Origin: Paracoccaceae bacterium
GTDB lineage: Bacteria > Pseudomonadota > Alphaproteobacteria > Rhodobacterales > Rhodobacteraceae
NCBI GenBank assembly: GCA_021648025.1
Contig: JAKITO010000016.1
Span: 164-64,163, forward strand
Direction of reading: 5' to 3'
DNA length: 64,000 nucleotides
The notes beneath the pieces were generated by a model, which saw only the letters and a list, made by a program, of their open reading frames with translations, made no database searches and was not told the origin of the DNA. The translations under genes and the position numbers were made by a program. How positions within the stretch are numbered: position 1 is the stretch's first letter; each line of letters starts with the position of its first letter. Of this stretch, positions 1 through 10,019 are shown piece after piece.

Positions 1-577
1 CGAACAGGATGGCTGAGCCGACCAGCATTTGCAGCCCGACGATCATCATGAAATTGCCGCCGGACGTGGCCCCGCGAACGGCCATTGTCGCAAACGTCAG
101 CGCCAGAACCCCAAGCCCAAGCAGGGCCAGACCATAAAGGTCAAGCCCGGCACCGATACGTGGCCCCATGATGATGGCAACGCCGGTGAACCCGGCAAGC
201 AGACCCAATATTCCAAGCGGCTTGAGCCGCTCGCCCATCAATACCCAGCTGACCAGAGCCACCAGCAAAGGCAGCGACGAGGCGATGATGGCGGCCACGG
301 ATGCTTGGATTGTCTGCATGGCAACAAAATTCAGGCCGAGGTACAGGGCGTTCTGGCACAGACCGAAAACGATGGTGGCATACCATTGCTGACGGGTCAG
401 GTTCCATGTCTGACCCATGAAGCGGGCAATCAGCACACCAAGCAGCCCCGAGATCAGAAACCGGCAGGACAGTGAGAACAACGGCGAGGCATCGGCGACG
501 ATGATCCGCGCCGAGGTAAAGGCAGAAGACCACATCAGGGCAAAGATCAGGCCCATGAGGATTGCGCGTTTGTCCAT
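1..577 (-). CDS. EamA/DMT-family transporter, N-terminal part (3' end runs off the window)
   Basis: Hand translation of the minus strand from ATG 577-575 gives MDKRAILMGLIFALMWSSAFTSARIIVADASPLFSLSCRFLISGLLGVLIARFMGQTWNL... I checked the first ~70 codons and found no stop. The absence of a stop-bounded ORF in this frame in the track suggests it stays open to base 1. The serial hydrophobic helices are typical of EamA repeats. Confidence 0.7.
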   Translation of the reverse strand, partial: MDKRAILMGLIFALMWSSAFTSARIIVADASPLFSLSCRFLISGLLGVLIARFMGQTWNLTRQQWYATIVFGLCQNALYLGLNFVAMQTIQASVAAIIASSLPLLVALVSWVLMGERLKPLGILGLLAGFTGVAIIMGPRIGAGLDLYGLALLGLGVLALTFATMAVRGATSGGNFMMIVGLQMLVGSAILF

Positions 578-649
578 GTTATTGCCTTAAGGTATTTTGC
601 ATTCAAAGTGATGCTCTGATCCAAATTGAACGCGAAACGCTGAAACGAG

Positions 650-676
650 AAAGGGCCGCCAATTTGGCGACCCTTT
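650..676 (-). terminator. Stem-loop downstream of the HU gene
   Basis: AAAGGGCCGCC-AATTT-GGCGACCCTTT forms an 11-bp stem with one mismatch, about 25 nt past the HU stop. On the minus strand it is followed by CTCGTTTC. Confidence 0.5.
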
Positions 677-700
677 CGGAATTTCAAGCCTTTTACAAGG

Positions 701-988
701 TCAACTGTTAACGCTGTCCTTCAGCGCCTTGGCGATGGTCATTTTCACCACCTTGTCGGCGTCTTTCTTGAACTGCTCGCCGGTGGCGGGGTTGCGCACC
801 ATACGCTCGGGGCGTTCGCGGCAATAGATTTTGCCAACGCCGGGCAGGGTCACGGCGCCGCCAGCCGATACTTCGCGGGTGATCAGGCCGGTGATCGCCT
901 CAAGAGCTGCTGCGGCTGATTTCTTGTCGGTGCCCATATCTTCCGCCAAAGCGGCGACAAGCTGGGTTTTGGTCATTGGTTTTGCCAT
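701..988 (-). CDS. hup: HU/IHF-family DNA-binding protein
   Basis: 95 aa from ATG 988, with GGAG upstream. The sequence MAKPMTKTQLVAALAEDMG...LPGVGKIYCRERPERMVRNPATGEQ carries the HU beta-arm motif. The track start at 1084 is an upstream in-frame extension. Confidence 0.9.
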   Translation of the reverse strand: MAKPMTKTQLVAALAEDMGTDKKSAAAALEAITGLITREVSAGGAVTLPGVGKIYCRERPERMVRNPATGEQFKKDADKVVKMTIAKALKDSVNS

Positions 989-1139
989 TTTCTGGTCTCC
1001 TTGTTCCGCCCGATGCTGGGCCTCGGTTTCGGCCCTTATCTGGGTCCGATTGCGCAATTGTAACGGTATCTTGTGTAAGAACACAACGCATGGTGGACTA
1101 AAACCAGTGGAAATAGGCGATTTTCGCCGATTTTTTGCC

Positions 1140-2603
1140 TTAGAGGAAGGCCGTTTCGTCGAAAGAGCGTAGTTTCCGGCTATGAAGGCGTTCCAGGGGC
1201 ATGCCGCGCAGGCCTTCCATCGCCCGGATTCCGATCTTCAGATGGCGGCTGACTTGGGTGTTATAGAACTCTGACGCCATGCCGGGCAGTTTCAATTCAC
1301 CATGCAGAGGCTTGTCCGAGACACATAAAAGCGTGCCGTAAGGTACGCGGAAACGATAGCCGTTGGCGGCGATTGTCGCGCTTTCCATGTCCAGGGCGAT
1401 GGCCCGAGATTGCGAAAGCCGCTGCACCGGGCCGGAATGCTCGCGCAATTCCCAGTTGCGGTTGTCGATGGTGGCGACGGTGCCGGTGCGCATTATGCGT
1501 TTCAGCTCAAAACCTTCGAGTTCGGTTACTTCGGCCACCGCTTCTTCCAGCGCGATCTGGATTTCGGCCAGTGCGGGGATCGGGGTCCAGACCGGCAGGT
1601 CGTCGTCCAGAACGTGGTCTTCGCGCAGATAGGCATGGGCAAGGACAAAATCACCCAGGGCCTGCGTGTTGCGCAAGCCAGCACAATGGCCAACCATCAG
1701 CCAGGCGTGCGGGCGCAGTACGGCGATATGGTCGGTGGCGGTTTTGGCGTTGCTTGGCCCGACACCGATATTGACCAGGGTGATGCCCGAGCCATCGGCG
1801 CGGGTCAGGTGATAGGTCGGCATTTGCGGCAGTTTCGCGACCGGGGCGATGGGGGTTTCGGCATCGGTGATCACCACATTTCCGGTGCTGACAAAGCTGG
1901 TATAGCCGCTGTCGGGGTTGGCCAGTTGTTCGCGGGCATAAGCCTCGAACTCGGCCACATAGATCTGATAGTTGGTGAACAGGATATGGTTCTGGAAATG
2001 TTCGGGGTCGGTGGCGGTATAATGTGACAGCCGCGCCAGCGAATAATCAATGCGCTGGGCGGTGAACAGGGCCAAGGGACCGGTGCCATCTTTGGGCATG
2101 TCGGTGTTGTTGACGATGTCGTCATTGGTGGTCGCCAGGTCCGGCACGTCGAAATAGTCACGCAGAGTGAACGCGGCGGCCCCGTCCTGTGGTACGGTGA
2201 CACCTGCGCGGCCGCCGACGGCAAAATGCACCGGGATCGGCGTGTCCGAGGTGGTGATGGTCACGGGTTCGCCGTGGTTGCGGATCAATAGGTCGATCTG
2301 TTGGGTCAGGTAATTGCGAAACAGGTCGGGCCGGGTGATTGTGGTGGTATAGGTGCCGGGCGACGAGACATGGCCATAGGCCAGCCGGCTGTCGACCCTT
2401 GCATAGGTATCGGTGGTCAGGCGTATCTCGGGATAAAAGGCACGGGAGCGAACCTTTGGCGCGCCGTTTTTCATTGCCTTCGAGAATTGTTCCAGCAAAA
2501 AGTGGGTGGCCTCGCTGTAAAGCTGTTCCAGATGCGCGACGGCAGCGCTGGCATCGGTAAAGGATTGCTCCGGGATGGGTGCAGGGGTGTTTACGGTTGT
2601 CAT
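1140..2603 (-). CDS. amn: AMP nucleosidase
   Basis: 487 aa. It looks like a full-length AMP nucleosidase: an N-terminal regulatory domain plus a PNP/UDP-phosphorylase-type core (..HAWLMVGHCAGL.., ..LDMESATIAANG..). Its ATG overlaps the ade stop (ATGA). Confidence 0.9.
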   Translation of the reverse strand: MTTVNTPAPIPEQSFTDASAAVAHLEQLYSEATHFLLEQFSKAMKNGAPKVRSRAFYPEIRLTTDTYARVDSRLAYGHVSSPGTYTTTITRPDLFRNYLTQQIDLLIRNHGEPVTITTSDTPIPVHFAVGGRAGVTVPQDGAAAFTLRDYFDVPDLATTNDDIVNNTDMPKDGTGPLALFTAQRIDYSLARLSHYTATDPEHFQNHILFTNYQIYVAEFEAYAREQLANPDSGYTSFVSTGNVVITDAETPIAPVAKLPQMPTYHLTRADGSGITLVNIGVGPSNAKTATDHIAVLRPHAWLMVGHCAGLRNTQALGDFVLAHAYLREDHVLDDDLPVWTPIPALAEIQIALEEAVAEVTELEGFELKRIMRTGTVATIDNRNWELREHSGPVQRLSQSRAIALDMESATIAANGYRFRVPYGTLLCVSDKPLHGELKLPGMASEFYNTQVSRHLKIGIRAMEGLRGMPLERLHSRKLRSFDETAFL

Positions 2604-4402
2604 ATTTGTGGTTCCAACAGGTCAATTTTTTCGAATTTGCGCACATCAATCAGGCCCAGATCGGATATTCTGAGTTCCGGAATCACCACCAGTGCCAACA
2701 GAGAATGCTGCATATAGGCGTTGTTCAGATCGCAACCGCAGGTGCGCATGGCCTGCATCATTTCTTCGGCCTTGGCGGCGACCTCTGTGGCCGGACTGTC
2801 GGACATCAGCCCGGCAATGGGCAGTTTCACCAATGCCAGTTCCCGCCCGTCCTTGAACACCGTGACACCGCCGCCCACCTCGGCCAGCCGGTTGGCCGCC
2901 AGCGCCATTTGCGCACGATCCGTGCCGACGACGATCATATGGTGGCTGTCGTGTGCCACGCTTGAGGCCATGGCCATGGCGCCATCGTAGCCAAAGCCGG
3001 AAACAAAGCCGTTGGTCACATCGCCGGTGGCGCGGTGGCGTTCGACCAAAGCGATCTGGCAAACACCGTCCGCACCTTCGACCAACCCGTCCAACACCGG
3101 CAAATCCGCCTGAAGCGCCTTGGTCGGGGCCTGGTTTTCCACCACGCCAATAACATTGGCGCGTGCGGTGTTGGCCCCTTCCGGGGCTTTGATTTCAAAG
3201 TCGGTGGTGGTCAGGGTGTGACCCAGGTGCACCGTGTTGCGGGCACTGTCAGGCCAGTCGTAATGCGGGCAGTCGACCAGACATTTGCCATCTTTGGCGA
3301 CGATTTGTCCCCGGGCAATGACCAGTTCAATCGGTAGGGTTCTAAGGTCGGAACTAAGGATGATGTCAGCCCGTCGCCCGGGGGTAATCGACCCGATGTC
3401 CCGTTCCAGGCCAAAATGTGTGGCGGTATTGAGCGTGGCCATTTGCAAGGCCACCAGCGGATCACAGCCGCAGTCAATCGCATGGCGCACCACGCGGTTC
3501 ATATGGCCATCGTTGACCAATGTGCCGGAATGGCAGTCATCAGTGCAAAGGATGAAATTGCGCGGGTCCAGACCCTTTTGCGTCACCGCCGTGATCTGAC
3601 TTTCAATATCAAACCACGCACTGCCCAGCCGCATCATCGAGCGCATGCCCTGACGCACCCGGGCGATGGCATCGGCCTCGCAGGTGCCTTCGTGGTCATC
3701 CGCCGGGCCGCCTGCGACGTATCCGGCAAAGGCGGGGCCTAAGTCCGGCGAAGCATAATGCCCGCCGACGGTTTTGCCGGCCCGTTGGGTGGCGGCGATT
3801 TCGGCCAGCATCTTGGGGTCGGCGCCCGACACGCCGGGAAAGTTCATCATTTCGCCAAGGCCGATGATGCCGGGCCATGACATCGCCTCGGCCACGTCTT
3901 CGGGGGAAATTTCCATGCCGGTGGTTTCCAGCCCCGGAGCGGACGGCGCACAGGATGGCATTTGGGTGAAGATATTGACCGGTTGCATTAGCGCTTCGTC
4001 GTGCATCATCCGCACGCCTTCCAGCCCCAGCACATTGGCAATCTCATGCGGGTCGGTGAACATCGAGGTGGTGCCATGGGGGATAACGGCACGGGCAAAT
4101 TCTGCCGGGGTCAGCATGCCGCTTTCAATATGCATATGCGCGTCACACAGACCCGGCAGGATATAGCGGCCATCGGCCTCAATCACCGCCGTGTCCGGTC
4201 CGGTGCAATAGGTGGCATCCGGCCCGACAAAGGCAATACGCCCGGCGACGATGGCCACATCGTGGTCCGGCAGGGCCTCGCGGGTGTGGACATTGACCCA
4301 TATGCCGCCACGAATGACCATATCGGCAGGGGCGCGCCCGGTGGCGACGGCGATCAGTTGCGGGGCGATATCGGGCCAACTTGGGAAGGGGGGATTTATC
4401 AT
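2600..4402 (-). CDS. ade: Adenine deaminase
   Basis: 600 aa. It has the amidohydrolase metal motif ILPGLCDAHMHIESG and the length and architecture of adenine deaminase. Confidence 0.9.
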   Translation of the reverse strand: MINPPFPSWPDIAPQLIAVATGRAPADMVIRGGIWVNVHTREALPDHDVAIVAGRIAFVGPDATYCTGPDTAVIEADGRYILPGLCDAHMHIESGMLTPAEFARAVIPHGTTSMFTDPHEIANVLGLEGVRMMHDEALMQPVNIFTQMPSCAPSAPGLETTGMEISPEDVAEAMSWPGIIGLGEMMNFPGVSGADPKMLAEIAATQRAGKTVGGHYASPDLGPAFAGYVAGGPADDHEGTCEADAIARVRQGMRSMMRLGSAWFDIESQITAVTQKGLDPRNFILCTDDCHSGTLVNDGHMNRVVRHAIDCGCDPLVALQMATLNTATHFGLERDIGSITPGRRADIILSSDLRTLPIELVIARGQIVAKDGKCLVDCPHYDWPDSARNTVHLGHTLTTTDFEIKAPEGANTARANVIGVVENQAPTKALQADLPVLDGLVEGADGVCQIALVERHRATGDVTNGFVSGFGYDGAMAMASSVAHDSHHMIVVGTDRAQMALAANRLAEVGGGVTVFKDGRELALVKLPIAGLMSDSPATEVAAKAEEMMQAMRTCGCDLNNAYMQHSLLALVVIPELRISDLGLIDVRKFEKIDLLEPQI

Positions 4403-4647
4403 GGATCAATTGTCATGATTGGTGCGGGATGTGCAACCCTTTCATTCGAGCACCATCTGGTTTGCCTTCCATGGCTTCCGACTTAGACCGAGGGCGATAT
4501 TGATCGTCGAACACAATACTGTATCTGTTCCTATGGGAAGTTTCAGGCGTAAGTCTCCTAGACATTGCAGAACGCGACGGTACGATTGTTGGAACAGGGC
4601 CCATTTTGGCCCTGTATTCTATGCAAGTTATTTATCAGGAGATTGTC

Positions 4648-5799
4648 ATGTCAGACGTGATGCTTAAGCAAATGAGAAACGAAGAAACGCTGGTATCCAA
4701 GGAAATTTCCAAGGCGATCACGACGGCGTTGAACTCAAAAGATACGATAAAGAAGGCCGATGAGATTAACAGCACAAGTGGCGGATGGCCGTATAAACCG
4801 TCCAAGGAAATGTTGAAACTCTACGGCAAGTCTACGGTGGCTGCCTGGAAAAAGCTGAAACCAAAATACAAGAATTTTGCAGTTTCGATGTCTGTCAACT
4901 CACCTTCGAACAGTCCGCCCACTGTAACCGCCGAAGCGGTGTTTGATGGCGAATGGCGCGGAGGGAAAAGTGTGATGATTTCCACTGGGGACACCATCCT
5001 TAGCCTGGCCAAAAAGATATATGGCTATGAAGGCTATGCCAACCAGGTGTTCGAGGCCAACGCCAAGGTGCTGGGCAAGTCCTGTAGGGTGCTGCCGGCG
5101 GGATTCGGGTTGGAATTTCCGAGCATCTGGGTGCCCAACTGGAGGAATGAGCCCAAAGTCTGTGCGGTTCCCTATGTTTCAAAGAAGGCGGTGAAAGTCA
5201 AATTGCCCGCCATGCAGACCACCGTGGATATATCGAATAAGGCGGCAGCGACACTTTTTTTCGGCAATGCAATTGTAATGGTCGAACTGGAAGGCAAGGC
5301 TGAAACTGTTGCGCAAAAAAAGGGCGATATCGACGCTTCCTTTAACCTCAAAGCTTATGAGGCGGAGCTGAAGAAAGGGTTTGGGCCTCTCGAAGGAGGC
5401 TTTAAGGTTGGCGTAAAGGGCGGGTCTTCCGGATCCTTGGTCTTGAAGGTTTTCAGTACCAAAATCGGCGGGCTCAAATTTTCGGGGAATGTCAAACTTC
5501 TTGAAGGCGCGTTTGAGATTGCTTTAGGTAGCCAGCCGTTTACCACGGTCTCAAAGGGTATCACCCTTACAGGAACCATTATCTTGACGGCAAAGATCCG
5601 CATTCTGCCGAACCCGAAACATCGAAAAAAGAGTCCAGCAAAAGAGAGTTTCAAGTTTGAAGTCAGTGCCAAGGAGGTGGCTGTTGTTGTTGTCTGCGTC
5701 GTTGTTCTTGCAGCCGGTGGCTGGGCAATTGTGGCGGGCGCGGGCGCTGCCAAAGTAGTGTTCATAGGCGGGAGCGCTCTCTTTTTGGCGGCGAGTTAG
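4648..5799 (+). CDS. Hypothetical protein with a LysM-like segment and a C-terminal hydrophobic tail
   Basis: ATG 4648 sits behind AGGAG, and the track ORF begins 14 codons earlier. The LysM-like stretch is STGDTILSLAKKIYGYEGYANQVFEANAKVLGKSCRVLPAGFGLEFP. The C-terminus VAVVVVCVVVLAAGGWAIVAGAGAAKVVFIGGSALFLAAS is strongly hydrophobic. GC is lower than in the neighbours (spot count about 47%). Confidence 0.65.
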   Translation: MSDVMLKQMRNEETLVSKEISKAITTALNSKDTIKKADEINSTSGGWPYKPSKEMLKLYGKSTVAAWKKLKPKYKNFAVSMSVNSPSNSPPTVTAEAVFDGEWRGGKSVMISTGDTILSLAKKIYGYEGYANQVFEANAKVLGKSCRVLPAGFGLEFPSIWVPNWRNEPKVCAVPYVSKKAVKVKLPAMQTTVDISNKAAATLFFGNAIVMVELEGKAETVAQKKGDIDASFNLKAYEAELKKGFGPLEGGFKVGVKGGSSGSLVLKVFSTKIGGLKFSGNVKLLEGAFEIALGSQPFTTVSKGITLTGTIILTAKIRILPNPKHRKKSPAKESFKFEVSAKEVAVVVVCVVVLAAGGWAIVAGAGAAKVVFIGGSALFLAAS

Positions 5800-5822
5800 T
5801 CTGACACGCCCGCACGCGGCGT

Positions 5823-6443
5823 TCACACCCAGCCGTAATTGAAACTGACGCTGATCCGGTCCTCGTCGGCCATATTCATCGGTACTTCGTGACGCAGCCA
5901 GCTTTCCCACAGCAAAACCTCGCCCACCTTGGGTTCGATATAGGTGAAACTGCGCAGCTCCTGCGGCGCATCTGGTTTGCGTAAAGGGGCGGCCATCATC
6001 ATCGCCAGGCGCGGGTCTTCGAATTTGATCGCGCTGGCGCCTTTGGGCATGGTCACATAGGTGGTGCCGCTGATCACACTGTGGGGATGGATGTGAGAGG
6101 TGTGGATGCCGCCCTGGGGCAGGATGTTGATCCAGAGGGCATTCAGTTCCATGCGGCGCCCGTCAAGGTCAAAGGCAAGGTCATCGACAAACCCGGCGAC
6201 GTGTTTATCCAGCAGTTTGACCAGATCGGCAAAGATCGGAAAGCGCCAGGGCAGGTCGTCAAGCGAGGCATAAGAGGTATAACCGGCATAGTCGTTCTGG
6301 TCGCACCATGCCTGTCCGGCCTCATCATCCTGGGCGACGGACCAGCAAGAGGCAGTCAGTTCGGCGCTGTCCGGGGCTGCGCCCTTTTCGGACAGGGTGG
6401 CGCGGTAGAGGCGGGTGACAAAGAGGGATTCTATATTTGGCAT
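5823..6443 (-). CDS. 2OG-Fe(II)-oxygenase-fold protein (TIGR02466-like conserved hypothetical)
   Basis: 206 aa. The His-rich metal motif GGIHTSHIHPHSVISGTTYV and the C-terminal ..RISVSFNYGW are typical of this family, as far as I recall. Confidence 0.7.
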   Translation of the reverse strand: MPNIESLFVTRLYRATLSEKGAAPDSAELTASCWSVAQDDEAGQAWCDQNDYAGYTSYASLDDLPWRFPIFADLVKLLDKHVAGFVDDLAFDLDGRRMELNALWINILPQGGIHTSHIHPHSVISGTTYVTMPKGASAIKFEDPRLAMMMAAPLRKPDAPQELRSFTYIEPKVGEVLLWESWLRHEVPMNMADEDRISVSFNYGWV

Positions 6444-6896
6444 GAGATCATCTTATCCCACGACAATCAGGAGGGACAGGGCAGACAGCAAAGTCAGGAT
6501 TGCAGGATGACAGTATCGTCCAGGGTGATTTCCTGATTGCCGGTAAACCGGATGGTCGCCGTTGCCACATGACGATACCCAACCCGCCAACGTTAAGGTC
6601 AAACTTTCCTACCTTGGTGGTCACATCTATGATGTCGTCACCTTAGCCGCCGGACACAAGCGAAGATTGCTCGTTTACCTAAGGTCAACGCGGAGTTGTT
6701 CGCGGCCTTGAAGCATGGTCTGCGGTAAAGACGGGTGACTTATTTGAATTGATCCTGGATAACTGGGCTTGCTATATGATCCGGCAAGGTCTAAAGCAGC
6801 CCTTCATCATGACCTCCACTGGAATCAGGGTGACCAGGCGTATCGAACCAAGTGATGTACGTCGGGCCTGCCAGTGATGTTGAAAGGAATAGGCGC

Positions 6897-7112
6897 ATGA
6901 ACGCCAAGGAACTGCACGACAAGACCCCGGATCAGCTCCGGGAAGAACTGGAAAACCTGAAGAAAGAGAGCTTTAATCTGCGCTTTCAGCAGGCGACCGG
7001 TCAGATGGAAAACACTTCCGGGATCAAGGCAGCGCGGCGCAATGCAGCGCGGGTCAAGACCATATTGAACCAGAAAGCCGCCGCCGCGGCCTCTGAAGCC
7101 AGCGCAGACTAG
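6897..7112 (+). CDS. rpmC: 50S ribosomal protein L29
   Basis: [36 protein letters not shown]... from ATG 6897, with GGAA upstream. The track start at 6852 is an upstream extension. Confidence 0.95.
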   Translation: MNAKELHDKTPDQLREELENLKKESFNLRFQQATGQMENTSGIKAARRNAARVKTILNQKAAAAASEASAD

Positions 7113-7123
7113 GAGCCAGTAGT

Positions 7124-7354
7124 ATGCCCAAACGTATTCTTACCGGCACTGTGACCAGCAATGCCAATGAACAGACCGTAACCGTATCGGTAGAGCGTCG
7201 CTTTACCCATCCGGTTCTGAAAAAGACCATTCGTAAGTCCAAAAAGTACCGGGCACACGATGAGAAGAACGCCTATAACGTAGGTGACCAGGTGCGCATC
7301 GTTGAATGCGCGCCACGATCAAAAACCAAGCGCTGGGAGGTTCTGGAGGCGTAA
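7124..7354 (+). CDS. rpsQ: 30S ribosomal protein S17
   Basis: [47 protein letters not shown]... Confidence 0.95.
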   Translation: MPKRILTGTVTSNANEQTVTVSVERRFTHPVLKKTIRKSKKYRAHDEKNAYNVGDQVRIVECAPRSKTKRWEVLEA

Positions 7355-7497
7355 AGACGCTCATCAAGCCTTGCGGCTTTCTTCGCGTCTCGCGAGGAAG
7401 TCTCTGAAAGAGGCTGAGGAGCGGTTGGACGACAAAAGACCTGCCAGTTTAATCGAAACCCTGAGGCAAAAAGTCCTCAAAGGTCGGGAGATATCTA

Positions 7498-7866
7498 ATG
7501 ATCCAGATGCAGACCAATCTCGATGTTGCTGACAACAGCGGCGCACGCCGTGTTCAGTGCATCAAGGTTCTGGGTGGTTCCAAGCGTAGATACGCATCCG
7601 TCGGCGACGTCATTGTCGTGTCGGTCAAGGAAGCCATCCCACGCGGTCGCGTAAAAAAGGGCGACGTCCGCAAGGCCGTTGTTGTACGCACCAAACAGGC
7701 CGTTCGTCGCGCCGATGGCACTGCCATCCGCTTTGACAGCAACGCTGCCGTGATCCTTAACACCGCGAACGAGCCACTTGGCACCCGTATCTTTGGGCCA
7801 GTTGTACGCGAGTTGCGCGCCAAGAACTTCATGAAGATCATCTCGCTCGCGCCGGAGGTGCTGTAA
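7498..7866 (+). CDS. rplN: 50S ribosomal protein L14
   Basis: [46 protein letters not shown]... Confidence 0.97.
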   Translation: MIQMQTNLDVADNSGARRVQCIKVLGGSKRRYASVGDVIVVSVKEAIPRGRVKKGDVRKAVVVRTKQAVRRADGTAIRFDSNAAVILNTANEPLGTRIFGPVVRELRAKNFMKIISLAPEVL

Positions 7867-8177
7867 TGGCTGCCAAATTGCGCAAAGGCGACAAGGTCGT
7901 CGTTTTGGCCGGCAAGGACAAGGGCAAGGAAGGCACAATTGCTTCCATCAACCCGTCCGCTGGCAAGGCCGTGGTTGACGGTGTGAATATCGCCATCCGC
8001 CACACCCGCCAATCCCAGTCTGATCAGGGCGGTCGCATCCCCAAGGCGATGCCGATTGACCTTAGCAATCTGTCACTGCTTGATGCCAACGGCAAAGCCA
8101 CCCGCGTCGGTTTCCGCATGGAAGACGACAAGAAGGTGCGTTTTGCCAAGACCACGGGGGATGTGATTGATGCTTGA
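7866..8177 (+). CDS. rplX: 50S ribosomal protein L24
   Basis: [25 protein letters not shown]... Its ATG overlaps the rplN stop (TAATG). Confidence 0.95.
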   Translation: MAAKLRKGDKVVVLAGKDKGKEGTIASINPSAGKAVVDGVNIAIRHTRQSQSDQGGRIPKAMPIDLSNLSLLDANGKATRVGFRMEDDKKVRFAKTTGDVIDA

Positions 8178-8733
8178 TACTGCAACGTACACACCACGCC
8201 TCAAGGCCGAATATCAGGACCGTATCCGCGCCGCTTTGAAAGAGCAGTTCGGCTATAAGAACGAAATGATGATCCCGCGTCTGGACAAGATCGTGCTGAA
8301 TATCGGCTGTGGCGCTGCCACGGTCCGCGACGGTAAAAAGATCAAGTCGGCGGTTTCCGAGCTTAGCACAATTGCCGGTCAGATGGCCGTTGTGAACATC
8401 GCCAAGAAATCCATCGCTGGTTTTCGGGTACGTGAAGAAATGCCTCTGGGCACCAAGGTCACGCTGCGCGGTGCGCGGATGTATGAATTCCTGGATCGTC
8501 TGATCACAATTGCGATGCCGCGTATTCGCGACTTTCGCGGTATTTCGGCGAAATCATTTGATGGTCGGGGCAACTATGCCATGGGCCTTAAGGAACTGCT
8601 TGTGTTCCCCGAGATTGATTTCGACAAGATCGACGAAAACTGGGGCATGGACATCGTCATTGCCACCACTGCGAAAACTGATGCTGAAGGTGAGGCACTG
8701 TTGAAAGAATTCAACATGCCCTTCACTTCATAA
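8170..8733 (+). CDS. rplE: 50S ribosomal protein L5
   Basis: [46 protein letters not shown]... The ATG at 8170 overlaps the last codons of rplX. The track start at 8167 is a TTG one codon upstream. Confidence 0.95.
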   Translation: MLDTATYTPRLKAEYQDRIRAALKEQFGYKNEMMIPRLDKIVLNIGCGAATVRDGKKIKSAVSELSTIAGQMAVVNIAKKSIAGFRVREEMPLGTKVTLRGARMYEFLDRLITIAMPRIRDFRGISAKSFDGRGNYAMGLKELLVFPEIDFDKIDENWGMDIVIATTAKTDAEGEALLKEFNMPFTS

Positions 8734-8752
8734 AGCGCGGGAAGGAATAGAT

Positions 8753-9058
8753 ATGGCTAAAAAATCAATGATCGCACGCGAAGTTAAGCGCCAAAAGCTG
8801 GTGGCGAAATATGCCGCCAAGCGGGCCGAGCTTAAAGCAATCGTCAGCGACCAGGAAAAGCCGATGGAAGAGCGTTTTCGCGCCTCCCTGAAGCTGGCAA
8901 AGCTGCCGCGCAACAGCTCGGCTGTGCGTTTGCACAACCGTTGCCAACTCACCGGGCGTCCACACGCCTATTATCGCAAACTGAAAATTTCGCGGATCGC
9001 GCTGCGGGACCTTGGCTCAGCTGGCCAAATCCCCGGCATGGTCAAGTCGAGCTGGTAA
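8753..9058 (+). CDS. rpsN: 30S ribosomal protein S14
   Basis: [28 protein letters not shown]...[41 protein letters not shown]. Confidence 0.95.
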   Translation: MAKKSMIAREVKRQKLVAKYAAKRAELKAIVSDQEKPMEERFRASLKLAKLPRNSSAVRLHNRCQLTGRPHAYYRKLKISRIALRDLGSAGQIPGMVKSSW

Positions 9059-9071
9059 GGGAGAGAATGAT

Positions 9072-9464
9072 ATGACCGATCCTATCGCAGATATGCTCAC
9101 CCGGATCCGCAACTCGTCCCTGCGCGGCAAGTCCACTGTCATGACCCCCGGCTCCAAGCTGCGGGCATGGGTTCTGGATGTGCTGGCAGACGAAGGTTAC
9201 ATTCGTGGCTATGAGAAAATGACTGGTGAAGATGGCCATCCGGCAATCGAAATCAGCCTGAAGTATTACGAAGGCGAACCTGTTATTCGCGAGTTGAAGC
9301 GGGTTTCCAAGCCCGGTCGGCGCGTTTACATGGGCGTCAAGGACATCCCAAGCATCCGTCAGGGTCTGGGTGTGTCGATTGTCTCTACCCCGCAAGGGGT
9401 GATGTCGGATGCAAGCGCACGGGCGGCCAATGTTGGCGGCGAAGTGCTCTGCTCCGTATTCTAG
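9072..9464 (+). CDS. rpsH: 30S ribosomal protein S8
   Basis: [23 protein letters not shown]... from ATG 9072, behind GGGAGAG. Confidence 0.95.
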   Translation: MTDPIADMLTRIRNSSLRGKSTVMTPGSKLRAWVLDVLADEGYIRGYEKMTGEDGHPAIEISLKYYEGEPVIRELKRVSKPGRRVYMGVKDIPSIRQGLGVSIVSTPQGVMSDASARAANVGGEVLCSVF

Positions 9465-9474
9465 GGGGATTGAT

Positions 9475-10008
9475 ATGTCTCGTATTGGTAAAAAAGCGGT
9501 CGATCTGCCCAGTGGTGTAAGTGCCTCTGTGTCCGGTCAGACCATCGAAGTGAAGGGGCCGAAAGGCACCCGGAATTTTAGCGCCACGGATGATGTGACA
9601 ATGACGGTGGAAGATAATTCCGTCAAAATCACGCCCCGCGGTTCTTCTAAACGTGCCCGTCAACAATGGGGCATGAGCCGGACAATGGTTGCCAATCTGG
9701 TGACTGGTGTTACGGCTGGTTTCAAGAAAGAGCTTGAGATCACTGGTGTTGGTTATCGTGCAGCGATGAACGGCAACGTTCTCAAGCTGAACCTTGGACT
9801 GTCGCATGACGTGGAATACATCGCCCCCGACGGGGTGACTGTTACCGCGCCCAAACCCACAATCATCGAGGTTGAAGGCATCGACGAACAGGCCGTTGGC
9901 CAGGTCGCTGCCGACATCCGCGCGTGGCGCAAGCCCGAGCCTTATAAGGGCAAGGGCATCCGCTATAAGGGTGAATTTATCTTCCGTAAGGAAGGCAAGA
10001 AGAAGTAA
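9475..10008 (+). CDS. rplF: 50S ribosomal protein L6
   Basis: [31 protein letters not shown]... from ATG 9475, behind GGGGGA. Confidence 0.95.
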   Translation: MSRIGKKAVDLPSGVSASVSGQTIEVKGPKGTRNFSATDDVTMTVEDNSVKITPRGSSKRARQQWGMSRTMVANLVTGVTAGFKKELEITGVGYRAAMNGNVLKLNLGLSHDVEYIAPDGVTVTAPKPTIIEVEGIDEQAVGQVAADIRAWRKPEPYKGKGIRYKGEFIFRKEGKKK

Positions 10009-10019
10009 GGACCAGACAA

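Noticed and set aside
6594-6688. A 9-nt direct repeat TAAGGTCAA, seen twice 86 nt apart, with a weaker third copy near 6786, in the non-coding region upstream of rpmC.
   Set aside because: A rough estimate shows that a 9-mer recurring once within about 450 nt is not far from chance. There is no supporting structure.
6780-6890. The minus-strand reading ..[14 protein letters not shown].. is reminiscent of the DTPGH G3 motif of translational GTPases upstream of rpmC.
   Set aside because: It is a single short motif with no flanking similarity, and it is in the wrong orientation for a str-operon remnant. This is most likely chance.
7284-7532. An 82-aa ORF spanning the rpsQ-rplN spacer.
   Set aside because: It starts inside rpsQ out of frame and runs into rplN. 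It has no RBS and no recognisable product.
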